From a virus, in the IMG/VR virus record IMGVR_UViG_3300025407_000799, positions 1 to 64,000 of that record: a stretch of 64,000 nucleotides of DNA; one strand, 5' to 3'. The notes beneath the pieces are model-generated. The model saw nothing but the letters and a program-made list of their open reading frames with translations, was not told the DNA's origin and made no database searches. The position numbers and the translations under genes were made by a program. Positions 16,219 through 25,780 of this stretch are shown here, piece by piece. Every line of letters starts with the position of its first letter. The stretch's first letter is position 1.

Positions 16219-18888
16219 ATGTCTTATGTAGACGCATGGTTTGACCGCGAGAACGATATCGTTCGAGTAGTTGAACGCAACAAGAAAGGTGAAAGGGAAT
16301 TTAGAGATATTCCTGTACGCCATACATTTTATGTAAAAGACCCACGCGGCAAATTTACTTCAATTTACGGGGATACACTAACACGTATTATCTGTAAAAA
16401 CACAAAAGAACTACGTAAAGAACAGGCCATTAACAATGGCAAGGAAATGTTTGAATCAGACATTAATCCTATCTTTGTAACACTAAGCGAACACTATTTA
16501 AATCAGGATGCTCCTAAACTAAATGTAGCATTTTTCGATATTGAGGTAGACTTCGATCCAGAGCGTGGCTACGCTAGTCCAGATGATGCCTTCATGCCAA
16601 TTACTGCCATTGCCGTTTACTTGCAATGGATGGAAACTATGGTGTGTTTGGCTATTCCTCCCAAGAAATTAAAAATGGAGGATGCCAAAGAAATGGTCAA
16701 AGACTTTCCTAACACATATTTGTTTGATAACGAAGCAGATTTGTTGGACATGTTCTTGGATCTTATAAAAGATGCTGATGTTATTAGTGGTTGGAACAGT
16801 GAAGGGTTTGACGTACCTTATACAACAAATAGAGTTACAAAAGTGCTCAGCAAAGAAGATACTAGACGTTTCTGCTTGTTTGATCAATTTCCTAAACGTA
16901 GAGAATATGAAAAGTTTGGCCGTGATAGCGTAACCTATGACTACATTGGTCGCGTTCATTTAGACTATCTCGAACTGTACCGTAAGTATACGTATGAAGA
17001 ACGTCACAGTTATCGACTGGACGCTATTGCTGAATATGAATTAGGCAAGCGTAAAACACAATACGAAGGTACACTAGATCAATTATACAACAACGACTTT
17101 AAGACGTTTGTCGAATACAACATTAATGACTGTAAACTACTTGACGATTTGGACAAGAAATTAAAGTTCATGGATCTTGCCAATACACTGGCACATGAAA
17201 ATACAGTATTGTTACAAACAACAATGGGTGCTGTGGCTGTTACTGAACAGGCTATTATTAACGAAGCACATCGCAGAGGTTTCCAAGTTCCTAATAGAAC
17301 TAAGATGAGTGAGCGTGAAGAAAACACAGCAGCCGCAGGTGCTTATGTTGCTTATCCTAAAGAAGGCATTCACGATTGGATTGGCTCACTGGATATTAAC
17401 AGTCTGTATCCAAGTGCAATTCGTGCGCTCAACATGGGTCCGGAAACTATTATTGGTCAATTGCGTCAAACAATGACTGACGAGTATATTGAGGCACAAA
17501 TGGCAAAAGGTAAATCGTTTGCAGCTGCTTGGGAAGGTGTATTTGGTAGTTTAGAATACACAGCCGTTATGAACCAAGAGATTGGTACAGATATTACCAT
17601 CGACTGGGAAAATGGAGAAAGCGATGTATTAAGTGCTGCAGAAGTTTATAGACTAATATTTGAAAGCAATCAGCCTTGGGTTATTAGTGCTAATGGTACT
17701 ATCTTTACTTACGAGAAAGAAGGTATCATTCCTGGCTTGCTAAAACGCTGGTATGCAGAACGTAAAGAAATGCAGGCCAAATTAAAAGATGCTATAAAGG
17801 CAGGAAATAAAGTTGAAGAAGAATACTGGGATAAAAGACAGTTGGTTAAAAAGATTAACCTCAATAGTTTGTATGGCGCTATTCTTAATAGTGGTTGTAG
17901 GTTCTTTGATAAGCGTATTGGTCAGTCCACTACTCTTACTGGCAGGCAGATCGTAAAACACATGGCCGGTAAGGTCAATGAAATTATTGCCGGAGAATAT
18001 GACTACAGAGGTAAAGCTGTTATCTACGGTGACACTGACAGTTGTTATTTTAGTGCTTATAAGACACTACAAAAAGATATCGATACCGGTAAGATTCCTT
18101 GGACTAAAGAAACAGTTGTTGCTTTATATGACCAGATTGGTGAAGAAGTTAATACAACATTCCCTCAGTTTATGCTAGACACATTCCATGTACCTAAGTC
18201 ACGTGGAGAAGTTATTAAAGCAGGTAGAGAAATTGTTGGATCTAAAAGTTTGTTTATTACTAAGAAACGTTATGCTGTTCTTTATTATGATAAAGAAGGC
18301 AAGCGTACAGACATAGATGGCAAGCCTGGAAAGATCAAGGCCATGGGTTTAGATTTGAAGCGTAGTGATACTCCAGAATTTATTCAAGACTTTTTAAGTG
18401 ATGTTCTTGAAAAAGTTTTAACTGGTGCTAAAGAACAAGAAGTGCTGGATCAAATCAGCGAATTTAGAATTAAATTCAAAGCTCGTCCAGGTTGGGAGAA
18501 GGGTAGTCCAAAACGTGCCAATAAGATTACTGAATACCAAGGCAAAGAAGCAAAAGCTGGGAAGGCTAATATGCCTGGACATGTTCGTGCAAGTATTAAT
18601 TGGAATACATTAAAGCGTATGTACAATGACAAATATTCTATGGGTATTACAGACGGTGCCAAAGTTATCGTGTGTAAACTTAAACCTAATCCGTTAGGTT
18701 ACACATCAGTTGCATATCCAGTGGATGAACTGAGGTTACCACAGTGGTTCAAAGATTTACCATTTGATCACACTGAGATGGAACAGACCATCATTGACAA
18801 TAAGTTAGAAAACTTAATCGGTGTACTTAACTGGGACATTACATCAACAGAAGAAAAGAACACATTTAATAGTTTATTCGAGTTTTAA
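16219..18888 (+). CDS. Family B DNA polymerase (T4 gp43-like)
   Basis: Exonuclease motifs FDIE, GWNSEGFD, YNIND; polymerase motifs DINSLYPS, KINLNSLYG, YGDTDS, KKRY. Confidence 0.97.
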   Translation: MSYVDAWFDRENDIVRVVERNKKGEREFRDIPVRHTFYVKDPRGKFTSIYGDTLTRIICKNTKELRKEQAINNGKEMFESDINPIFVTLSEHYLNQDAPKLNVAFFDIEVDFDPERGYASPDDAFMPITAIAVYLQWMETMVCLAIPPKKLKMEDAKEMVKDFPNTYLFDNEADLLDMFLDLIKDADVISGWNSEGFDVPYTTNRVTKVLSKEDTRRFCLFDQFPKRREYEKFGRDSVTYDYIGRVHLDYLELYRKYTYEERHSYRLDAIAEYELGKRKTQYEGTLDQLYNNDFKTFVEYNINDCKLLDDLDKKLKFMDLANTLAHENTVLLQTTMGAVAVTEQAIINEAHRRGFQVPNRTKMSEREENTAAAGAYVAYPKEGIHDWIGSLDINSLYPSAIRALNMGPETIIGQLRQTMTDEYIEAQMAKGKSFAAAWEGVFGSLEYTAVMNQEIGTDITIDWENGESDVLSAAEVYRLIFESNQPWVISANGTIFTYEKEGIIPGLLKRWYAERKEMQAKLKDAIKAGNKVEEEYWDKRQLVKKINLNSLYGAILNSGCRFFDKRIGQSTTLTGRQIVKHMAGKVNEIIAGEYDYRGKAVIYGDTDSCYFSAYKTLQKDIDTGKIPWTKETVVALYDQIGEEVNTTFPQFMLDTFHVPKSRGEVIKAGREIVGSKSLFITKKRYAVLYYDKEGKRTDIDGKPGKIKAMGLDLKRSDTPEFIQDFLSDVLEKVLTGAKEQEVLDQISEFRIKFKARPGWEKGSPKRANKITEYQGKEAKAGKANMPGHVRASINWNTLKRMYNDKYSMGITDGAKVIVCKLKPNPLGYTSVAYPVDELRLPQWFKDLPFDHTEMEQTIIDNKLENLIGVLNWDITSTEEKNTFNSLFEF

Positions 18889-18889
18889 T

Positions 18890-19681
18890 ATGAAAATTAT
18901 AATTGCAGGTTACGGATTTGTTGGAAAGGCGGTTGTAGAATCGTTAAAAAATATAATAGTATATATTGTTGATCCAAAATATAATACAAGTCAAATATCA
19001 CAAAATGAAGATGCAGATGGTATTATTATTTGCGTAGGAACTCCCAGTACTGATATTGGAGATTGCGATGTCAGTCAAATTTATCAAGTAATGGATCAAG
19101 TTCCCGAGACTATGCCAGTGTTAATTAAATCAACTATCCGTCCAGATTACCTAAATAGACTATTGGTAAATTATCCCAAACATAGCATTTGCTATAGTCC
19201 AGAATTTTTACGTGCGGCAACTGCTAACGAAGATTTTGCCAACCAAACATATATGGTGTTAGGCGGGTTTGATCCAAATTGGATGTGGGAGAATTTATTT
19301 AAACAATCTCTTAAAAACCTAAATACAATTGAACATTGTACACTAACAGAAGCCGCTATGGTAAAATATGCCACTAATTGTTTCCTAAGTGTCAAAGTAG
19401 CGTTCTTTAATCAGATTTACGATATGTGCCAAGCTAATGGTGCAGACTATAACAAGATTGTCGAACTATTAAAATTGGATGAGCGTATGGGTACAAGTCA
19501 TATGCAAGTTCCAGGGCCAGATGGAAGTCGTGGATTTGGGGGTGCTTGCTTCCCTAAAGATACATCAGCATTTATGTATTATGCCGATTCATTACAAATG
19601 TCGCACACACTTGTGGAATCGGCAATAAAATATAATAAACGAGTTAGAAAAACATTGACATTGTCACAAAAACCTATATAA
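18890..19681 (+). CDS. ugd: UDP-glucose 6-dehydrogenase-like protein (short phage type)
   Basis: Start re-called at ATG 18890; GYGFVG Rossmann motif, CVGTP, IKST, SPEFLR, KYATN, GFGGACFPKD. Confidence 0.9.
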   Translation: MKIIIAGYGFVGKAVVESLKNIIVYIVDPKYNTSQISQNEDADGIIICVGTPSTDIGDCDVSQIYQVMDQVPETMPVLIKSTIRPDYLNRLLVNYPKHSICYSPEFLRAATANEDFANQTYMVLGGFDPNWMWENLFKQSLKNLNTIEHCTLTEAAMVKYATNCFLSVKVAFFNQIYDMCQANGADYNKIVELLKLDERMGTSHMQVPGPDGSRGFGGACFPKDTSAFMYYADSLQMSHTLVESAIKYNKRVRKTLTLSQKPI

Positions 19682-19682
19682 T
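19655..19682 (+). promoter_or_regulatory. Sigma70-type promoter at the end of ugd
   Basis: TTGACA, 16-nt spacer, TATAAT; a TGACATTGTCA palindrome overlaps the -35. Confidence 0.7.
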
Positions 19683-19702
19683 AACAAAACATGGAGATCC
19701 TT

Positions 19703-20434
19703 ATGAAAGACTTTTTACAAGACCTAGTAGCACATACGCACAGTTTGGGCTTTTTACCTTTGGTCAAGGTAAGTGCAACTGACACAGAAACAAATATCGA
19801 GTCAATGGCTGAAGATCGTAGCGTTATCCTTAATGCTAAGACCAAGGAGCCCGTTGAAAACCTAGAAGGCACTTTTGGTATGCCTAACTTAAACAAGTTA
19901 GACATTCATTTGAAGTGCCCAGAGTACAAAGAAAACTTTACTATCGATGTTGTTACACAAAATCGTAACGGTGAAGATATTCCAACAGGCTTGCACTTTA
20001 AGAATGGTGCCGGTGACTTCGAAAACGACTATCGTTTTATGAATAGCGATATCATTAATGAAAAAATGAAATCAGTTAAATTCAAAGGTGCTAAGTGGGA
20101 TATTGAATTTGCGCCAACAATGGCTAGTATTCAAAAATTAAAATTCCAAGCAGCTGCTCACACTGAAGAGCAAACATTCCAGGTTAGTGTTGACAATAAC
20201 AATTTAGTTTTTAAATTCGGCGATGCAACTACACATGCAGGTTCCTTTGTATTCCAAAGAGGTGTTACTGGAAAATTACGTCAAACATGGAGTTGGCCTG
20301 TTAGTCAAGTTCAAAGCATTTTGAACTTAAATGGTGACAAGACTGTTCGCATCGCAGATGCAGGAGCACTACAAATTACCGTAGATAGCGGACTTGCAGA
20401 ATACGAATACATTTTACCAGCACAGAGCAAATAA
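19703..20434 (+). CDS. Probable DNA polymerase sliding clamp (gp45-like)
   Basis: About 243 aa, alternating beta/alpha pattern, ends AEYEYILPAQ like clamp proteins; near polB; GGAG RBS before ATG 19703. Confidence 0.6.
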   Translation: MKDFLQDLVAHTHSLGFLPLVKVSATDTETNIESMAEDRSVILNAKTKEPVENLEGTFGMPNLNKLDIHLKCPEYKENFTIDVVTQNRNGEDIPTGLHFKNGAGDFENDYRFMNSDIINEKMKSVKFKGAKWDIEFAPTMASIQKLKFQAAAHTEEQTFQVSVDNNNLVFKFGDATTHAGSFVFQRGVTGKLRQTWSWPVSQVQSILNLNGDKTVRIADAGALQITVDSGLAEYEYILPAQSK

Positions 20435-20435
20435 C

Positions 20436-20789
20436 ATGACTCAAGAACAAATTTTAGTAGCATGTGTATTATGGGCGGTGTGTATGGCCATTAGTTACAC
20501 ACACAGCGGTTGGCGCAATATGCGTGACTGTTATATGATGTGGTTTACCAAAGAATATTGGACTGGATACAATACTGTAGAATTTGTTAGCTGGTTAGCT
20601 AAAGCAATCATTATTATTCCTGGATTAATCTTTGGAATTCAAATATGGGAATTGTATTACCTAACACTCTTAACAAGTGTCACACTTATATGGGCTAGCC
20701 GTAAAAAAGCCTTGCCAACCCTAGTAGGTTTCAATACAATGTGGGCTTGGCTAAGTTTAATGGTTCTAGCACAGCATTGGATCAAATGA
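20436..20789 (+). CDS. Small multi-pass membrane protein
   Basis: Three to four hydrophobic segments; start re-called at ATG 20436. Confidence 0.7.
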   Translation: MTQEQILVACVLWAVCMAISYTHSGWRNMRDCYMMWFTKEYWTGYNTVEFVSWLAKAIIIIPGLIFGIQIWELYYLTLLTSVTLIWASRKKALPTLVGFNTMWAWLSLMVLAQHWIK

Positions 20790-21043
20790 TTAAAAATTTA
20801 CTTAAACGCTTTTTCTGTCCTTATAAAGGCCCTGTTGGAGAACAATTAGGACTTATCGAAGGCATGAGTGCAGATCAGTATACTTGTCCAGAATTAAAAA
20901 ATAGGATTGTTTCCAGGTATAAAGTAATTTGTTTTCCACCTGAAACTCCACTAAGTAATCCAACAAACTACGATCCCTTAAATCCGCCTGCGGGATGGAG
21001 ATGGGATCCGTATTACGAGATATGGCATAAAACTAATGAATAA
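20786..21043 (+). CDS. Hypothetical protein
   Basis: ATGA coupling; Pro/Trp-rich C-terminus (YDPLNPPAGWRWDPYYEIW). Confidence 0.65.
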   Translation: MIKNLLKRFFCPYKGPVGEQLGLIEGMSADQYTCPELKNRIVSRYKVICFPPETPLSNPTNYDPLNPPAGWRWDPYYEIWHKTNE

Positions 21044-22739
21044 GAATTTAACAGCGACACAAAACGATTATGCATATTTCCTGCCGGCAACGTCGGGATT
21101 TTATAGCACCTATATAGGTAAACAGCGTCATAGCAATTACGTAGATCCGGCACGTATTCCTGCCAGCTTCGGTCCGTTAGGCATTGAAGCTATGAACTAC
21201 TTGAATCCTAACGCATCGTTCTATTTTGATCATTGTTTGTATTCAGCTGGACATGCTAATTTAGATTTGGCAAAGTCTGATCCTAGTGAAGACATGTTTC
21301 GTAACAGAGACCGTACAACTAGTTGGGTATTAGGGGACTCGGGTGGTTTCCAAATTGGTAAGGGTGTATGGGCAGGTGAATGGAATGATCCAAATGGTCC
21401 AGTAGTTGCACAACGTATGGCTGAAGCAGTTGCTAAAGGCATCGAGTTGGTTCCACAACTACATCCAACTGGACATCCTAAAACTGATAAGAACGGTAAT
21501 CCAAAGTATACTAAAATTGATCATGCTAAACTATATCAGGATCAGTTAGATGCGGCACAAAAGAAACGTGAACAAGTTCTTGCGTGGATGGATGCACTTA
21601 TGGATTATGGCATGGTACTTGATATCCCAGCATGGGTTGGACGTAGTCCAGTTGGTGCTAAGAACAGTGGTGTTGCCGATTATCCACAAGCTGTTGCAGC
21701 CACAAAATACAATAACGAGTATTTTATTAAGCATCGTACAGGTGCTTGTAAATTCTTAAATGTATTGCAAGGCGAAAATCATAAGCAAGCAGAAGATTGG
21801 TATCAGCAGATGAAAGACTTCTGTGATCCTAAAAAGTACGACAAGCCATTTAACGGCTGGGCAATGGGCGGACAAAACATGTGCGACGTAGACTTAGTCT
21901 TACGCAGAATTGTAGCATTAAAGTTTGACGGCTTGCTAGAAGAAGGTCATCAAGACTGGATGCACTTTTTGGGTACAAGTAAACTGGAATGGGCATTACT
22001 ACTAACAGATATTCAACGTGCTGTTCGTAAATATCACAATCCTAAGTTCACAATTAGTTTTGATTGTGCTAGTCCATTCCTTGCTACCGCTAATGGACAG
22101 ATTTATGTACAAACAGAAATCAAAGATCGTGAAAAATGGTTGTATAGAATGTTGCCTAGTTTAGATAATAAAAAATATGCTAGCGATACAAGATTGTTTA
22201 AAGATGTTGTTGTACAAGATGGATGGTTTAAAAACTTTGAATCTAGTCCATTGATGGATGGTGTTAAGGTTAATGAGATTTGCATCTACGGCCCAGGCGA
22301 TTTGAATAAGATTGGTAAGGAAGGCAAAACATCATGGGATAGTTTCACCTATGCTATTATGATGGGGCATAATGTTTGGTTGCATTTGAATAGTGTACAA
22401 GAAGCTAATCGTCAGTATGACGCTGGTTTATGTCCGGCTATGTTAGTACAGGAAAAATTCAACAGAATTTTCTTTAGGGATGTAGTAGATGATATTTTTA
22501 GTGCTCCAGATCGTGCTACAGCTATTGATATTATCGACAAAAATGATAAATTTTGGCAGGCTATTCCTGGAACACGCGGCGCAATTGGTAAGAAAACTGT
22601 CAATGCTAGTGGTATGTTTTCCGAATTATTTGTAACAGTAGAGCCAGATGTTGTACAATTGGAAGATGAAGCAGATTTTGACGAATCTGCAGTTGATAAA
22701 CTCGATGCTTTAGAGGCCAGTGTACATGACATTACCTGA
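21036..22739 (+). CDS. TGT-fold 7-deazaguanine transglycosylase (DpdA-like)
   Basis: GDSGGFQ, MVLDIP, LNVLQG, GWAMGG, HFLG, SFDCASP follow the TGT motif order; no CxCxxC zinc site; clustered with folE/queD/queE. Confidence 0.82.
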   Translation: MNKNLTATQNDYAYFLPATSGFYSTYIGKQRHSNYVDPARIPASFGPLGIEAMNYLNPNASFYFDHCLYSAGHANLDLAKSDPSEDMFRNRDRTTSWVLGDSGGFQIGKGVWAGEWNDPNGPVVAQRMAEAVAKGIELVPQLHPTGHPKTDKNGNPKYTKIDHAKLYQDQLDAAQKKREQVLAWMDALMDYGMVLDIPAWVGRSPVGAKNSGVADYPQAVAATKYNNEYFIKHRTGACKFLNVLQGENHKQAEDWYQQMKDFCDPKKYDKPFNGWAMGGQNMCDVDLVLRRIVALKFDGLLEEGHQDWMHFLGTSKLEWALLLTDIQRAVRKYHNPKFTISFDCASPFLATANGQIYVQTEIKDREKWLYRMLPSLDNKKYASDTRLFKDVVVQDGWFKNFESSPLMDGVKVNEICIYGPGDLNKIGKEGKTSWDSFTYAIMMGHNVWLHLNSVQEANRQYDAGLCPAMLVQEKFNRIFFRDVVDDIFSAPDRATAIDIIDKNDKFWQAIPGTRGAIGKKTVNASGMFSELFVTVEPDVVQLEDEADFDESAVDKLDALEASVHDIT

Positions 22740-22986
22740 TGAACGATTTAGAAGTATACAACGTACAGAAGAATTCTTAACAGATTTGATGAATCCTCAA
22801 AAAACTCCACGTATTCCAAAAGAACTACGTGAGAGAGCACGGTGGTGTTTGCGTCATTATCCTAGTTATCATAATTTAAAAGAATTAGAACGTGCGGCTC
22901 CTAATGTTGTTCAAGAACGTATGGAAGATGTTCATCGTATGATCAAGTATTGGGAAGAAGGAAAGAAGTTTACAAATGAAGACTAG
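22726..22986 (+). CDS. Conserved small phage protein
   Basis: MTLPDER...TPRIPK..R.RA..CLRHYP pattern. Confidence 0.75.
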   Translation: MTLPDERFRSIQRTEEFLTDLMNPQKTPRIPKELRERARWCLRHYPSYHNLKELERAAPNVVQERMEDVHRMIKYWEEGKKFTNED

Positions 22987-23857
22987 TCTAATTGTCGGGA
23001 TGGGTATTGGTAATCTATACGCCAAAGTGTTAGACGATCTTGGGCATGGGGTTATTACAGTAGATAGTGATCCTGCTAAAGGTGCTAGTTTTACATCCGT
23101 AGAGGATGCTATTAAAGAATGTCGTATGTTTGATACTGTACATATCTGCACACCTAATTTTACACACGCTAAATTAGCTAGACAAGTAGCCCCACATGCT
23201 AATATTGTGTTTATTGAAAAGCCAGGTGTTAGTACCAGTGCTGCATGGAGCAATATTGTATTAGACAATCCTAACACACGCTTCATGATGGTTAAAAACA
23301 ACATGTGGCGTAGTAACATTGCCGATTTACAAGCATTAGCCAACAAGGCTAAAATTGTAAACATACGATGGATTAGAAAAAACTGTGTTCCACACCCAGG
23401 CAGTTGGTTTACCACACGTGAGTTGGCATTTGGTGGAGTTAGCAGAGACCTAATGCCACACCTGTTGAGTTTGTACATAGCATTGAATCCCAATTGGCGC
23501 ACTGAGTCAGTTAACGGCAAGGGCGCACAAATGATGTGGACGTTAAAAGATATCGAAAGTACCGAATACGGAGTAGTCAACTCCAACGGCACATACGATG
23601 TAGATGATAAATGTCATATTGATTTTGGTAGCAAGTGGGGTTGTCAGGCAGATTGGCGTAATATGATTGCTGATAATAGTTCTATACAATTTATTATGCA
23701 GGATAACAGTGTAGAAGTATTTGATCTCGGGTGGTGTCCTGAAGATGCATACAAAAATATGATACAGGATGCTGTTAATAATTTAAACAACATGGATTTT
23801 TGGTCTGAGCAACTAGCACAAGACTTGTTTATCCATCAACAAATAGAAACATTATGA
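22976..23857 (+). CDS. Gfo/Idh/MocA-family NAD-dependent oxidoreductase
   Basis: VGMGIG, ICTPNFTH, FIEKP, GGVSRDLMPH. Confidence 0.88.
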   Translation: MKTSLIVGMGIGNLYAKVLDDLGHGVITVDSDPAKGASFTSVEDAIKECRMFDTVHICTPNFTHAKLARQVAPHANIVFIEKPGVSTSAAWSNIVLDNPNTRFMMVKNNMWRSNIADLQALANKAKIVNIRWIRKNCVPHPGSWFTTRELAFGGVSRDLMPHLLSLYIALNPNWRTESVNGKGAQMMWTLKDIESTEYGVVNSNGTYDVDDKCHIDFGSKWGCQADWRNMIADNSSIQFIMQDNSVEVFDLGWCPEDAYKNMIQDAVNNLNNMDFWSEQLAQDLFIHQQIETL

Positions 23858-24759
23858 AAGTAAAATGTTTACAAACTAGGGGCCAAGGTTATTTTGAAGA
23901 AGTAGACTATGAAATTCCTGCATGGGATCAAAATAATATCTACGTTCGTGCTGTAATGACTGGTGTGTGTCGAAGTGATATAGACATGATGTTGGGCGAC
24001 TTTGGCCCATTGCCATTACACATGCAAGGACACGAAGGTATTGGACAAGTTATGTCAGTTGGTGCTAGTTGTACCGATGTTAAAACTGGAGATTATGTTG
24101 CCACACGTGGTGAACCCGCTTATGCTGATCAGTATACTGTACGTAAAGGTGAATATGTAAAAATTCCCGAAGCGCATCCTCGTTATATTTTAGAACCAGT
24201 GGCTTGTGGTATTAACCTTATTGAGCAAGCTACCGAGTATCTACAGGATCGTCAAGGCACACATGAAAATAACCGTATGCTTATTATTGGTAGTGGATTC
24301 CTTGCTTGGGTTGCTTATCATACAATGCGTCTGAATGGTTACATTTTCCACGTAGATGTACTAGGTCACAACAATCGAGAACTTTGGGGCGATAAACTGT
24401 TATCAAGTACTATCGAAAACTACGATGTTGTAATTGATCTTACTGGAAACTACGAACTAGGTACACAAATTAACCTAAATAACAATGCGGTGATTGTGGA
24501 CGGTGTTGGTAAAGCTGTGTCAAAACAAGAAGCACAGGCACAGCTTTGGAAAGCTGTTACAACTATCAAGCCCAGTCCTCGTAATCCAAAGTTTATCGAT
24601 TGTATGCACATGGCCAAGTATTGGATTGAAAAAGGTTATCTAGAGGTTGATTCTTTTTGGACTAGAAGTTATAATCGTACTACTGAATGGCAACAAGCGT
24701 TTGCGGACGGCGTTAATCGTCCGAGTGGTTACAGCAGAGGTTATATTAAATGGGACTAA
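23854..24759 (+). CDS. Zn-dependent medium-chain dehydrogenase (sugar/polyol-type)
   Basis: GVCRSD, GHEGIG, LEPVAC, IIGSGFL; lacks the structural-Zn cysteine loop. Confidence 0.85.
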   Translation: MKVKCLQTRGQGYFEEVDYEIPAWDQNNIYVRAVMTGVCRSDIDMMLGDFGPLPLHMQGHEGIGQVMSVGASCTDVKTGDYVATRGEPAYADQYTVRKGEYVKIPEAHPRYILEPVACGINLIEQATEYLQDRQGTHENNRMLIIGSGFLAWVAYHTMRLNGYIFHVDVLGHNNRELWGDKLLSSTIENYDVVIDLTGNYELGTQINLNNNAVIVDGVGKAVSKQEAQAQLWKAVTTIKPSPRNPKFIDCMHMAKYWIEKGYLEVDSFWTRSYNRTTEWQQAFADGVNRPSGYSRGYIKWD

Positions 24760-25268
24760 ACACTGAAGAACGGCAAGATGTCGTTTACTTTACAGGCTAC
24801 GAGGTTGAACATACTATTTGTCATGGCATGTTTACTTTGTTTGTTGTAGGTACACCTCCTATCGAAGAAATTCTTACAAAAGCTGAAGAAAGCAAAGTAA
24901 AACATATCTATTTTGGTACTAGTCAAAGTTTTAATCCTAAAGGAATTACATTCCAAGAATACCGAGCATGGGATGATGTTATTATTCCTTGTTTAAAGAA
25001 AGATTACTGGGTGACTCTAGACTTTGATGTCAGTCATTCCGAAGGAGTACTTGAATCTTGCTATTGTGAATATCCAAGATTCGTACCAATGATTAGCTGT
25101 AAGATCCCTTACATTAATCAATTTAATTATAATGCCACACTTAAACTGGATGATCGCACCTGGGGTGCTACCAATCCTGGTGTGTGGACTCATCAACTGC
25201 ACGATCTAATGAGTAAAGACAAATACACTTATTGGGATCAATATACACAAGACGAAAGTTTAAAATGA
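24750..25268 (+). CDS. Hypothetical protein in the modification cluster
   Basis: FTGYEVEHT...TLFVVG...HIYFG...KLDD...TNPGVW; coupled to neighbours. Confidence 0.75.
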   Translation: MGLNTEERQDVVYFTGYEVEHTICHGMFTLFVVGTPPIEEILTKAEESKVKHIYFGTSQSFNPKGITFQEYRAWDDVIIPCLKKDYWVTLDFDVSHSEGVLESCYCEYPRFVPMISCKIPYINQFNYNATLKLDDRTWGATNPGVWTHQLHDLMSKDKYTYWDQYTQDESLK

Positions 25269-25780
25269 AAACAGATTGGGCAAAATTAACACCTTATACA
25301 TTCCCATTAAAAGGAATGACACAGCCTAAAGAAATTTGTGCTGTAATGAAACAACTTAGTATTGACAAGTATGTTTACGAGCTTCGTAATAATCATACTA
25401 TCAAGTATGGAATGAGTGCAGATAATGAAAAATTTCACGGTGCCAGGATTTATCGACAAGTGGGACATTTAGCAAGTTGGGGAACAGCTAAAATAGTTGG
25501 TAATAATGGTAAACCTTTTTTGGATATTGATGCCGAGTTTAAAAATAGATATGGCGCAAATATCGATCATAAAGACATAATTGTCACTGTATGGGGATTT
25601 GATAATTACCCTTGGCGTACCATTAACTTTAGAAAAGAACTTATTGAAGCAGAAAGCTATTTAATAAGTCAATACGAAATGGTTCATCAAGAGAAGCCTG
25701 TGGGTAATTTGTTTGATGAATCATACTGGAGCAATAAAGCCGCACCACTTAAATCAGTATGGGATAATATATTCGAATGA
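25265..25780 (+). CDS. Possible GIY-YIG-superfamily nuclease
   Basis: YVY....IKYGMS...R...EAESYLI....P.GN spacing typical of GIY-YIG; start re-called at ATG 25265. Confidence 0.5.
   Translation: MKTDWAKLTPYTFPLKGMTQPKEICAVMKQLSIDKYVYELRNNHTIKYGMSADNEKFHGARIYRQVGHLASWGTAKIVGNNGKPFLDIDAEFKNRYGANIDHKDIIVTVWGFDNYPWRTINFRKELIEAESYLISQYEMVHQEKPVGNLFDESYWSNKAAPLKSVWDNIFE

Noticed and set aside
21036-22739. Naming the gene tgt (tRNA-guanine transglycosylase)
   Set aside because: It lacks the zinc-binding cysteines and is much longer; the target (DNA or tRNA) cannot be proven from sequence, so no gene symbol was given.
22885-23592. 235-aa minus-strand ORF
   Set aside because: Antisense to the well-supported Gfo/Idh/MocA gene; no recognisable motifs.
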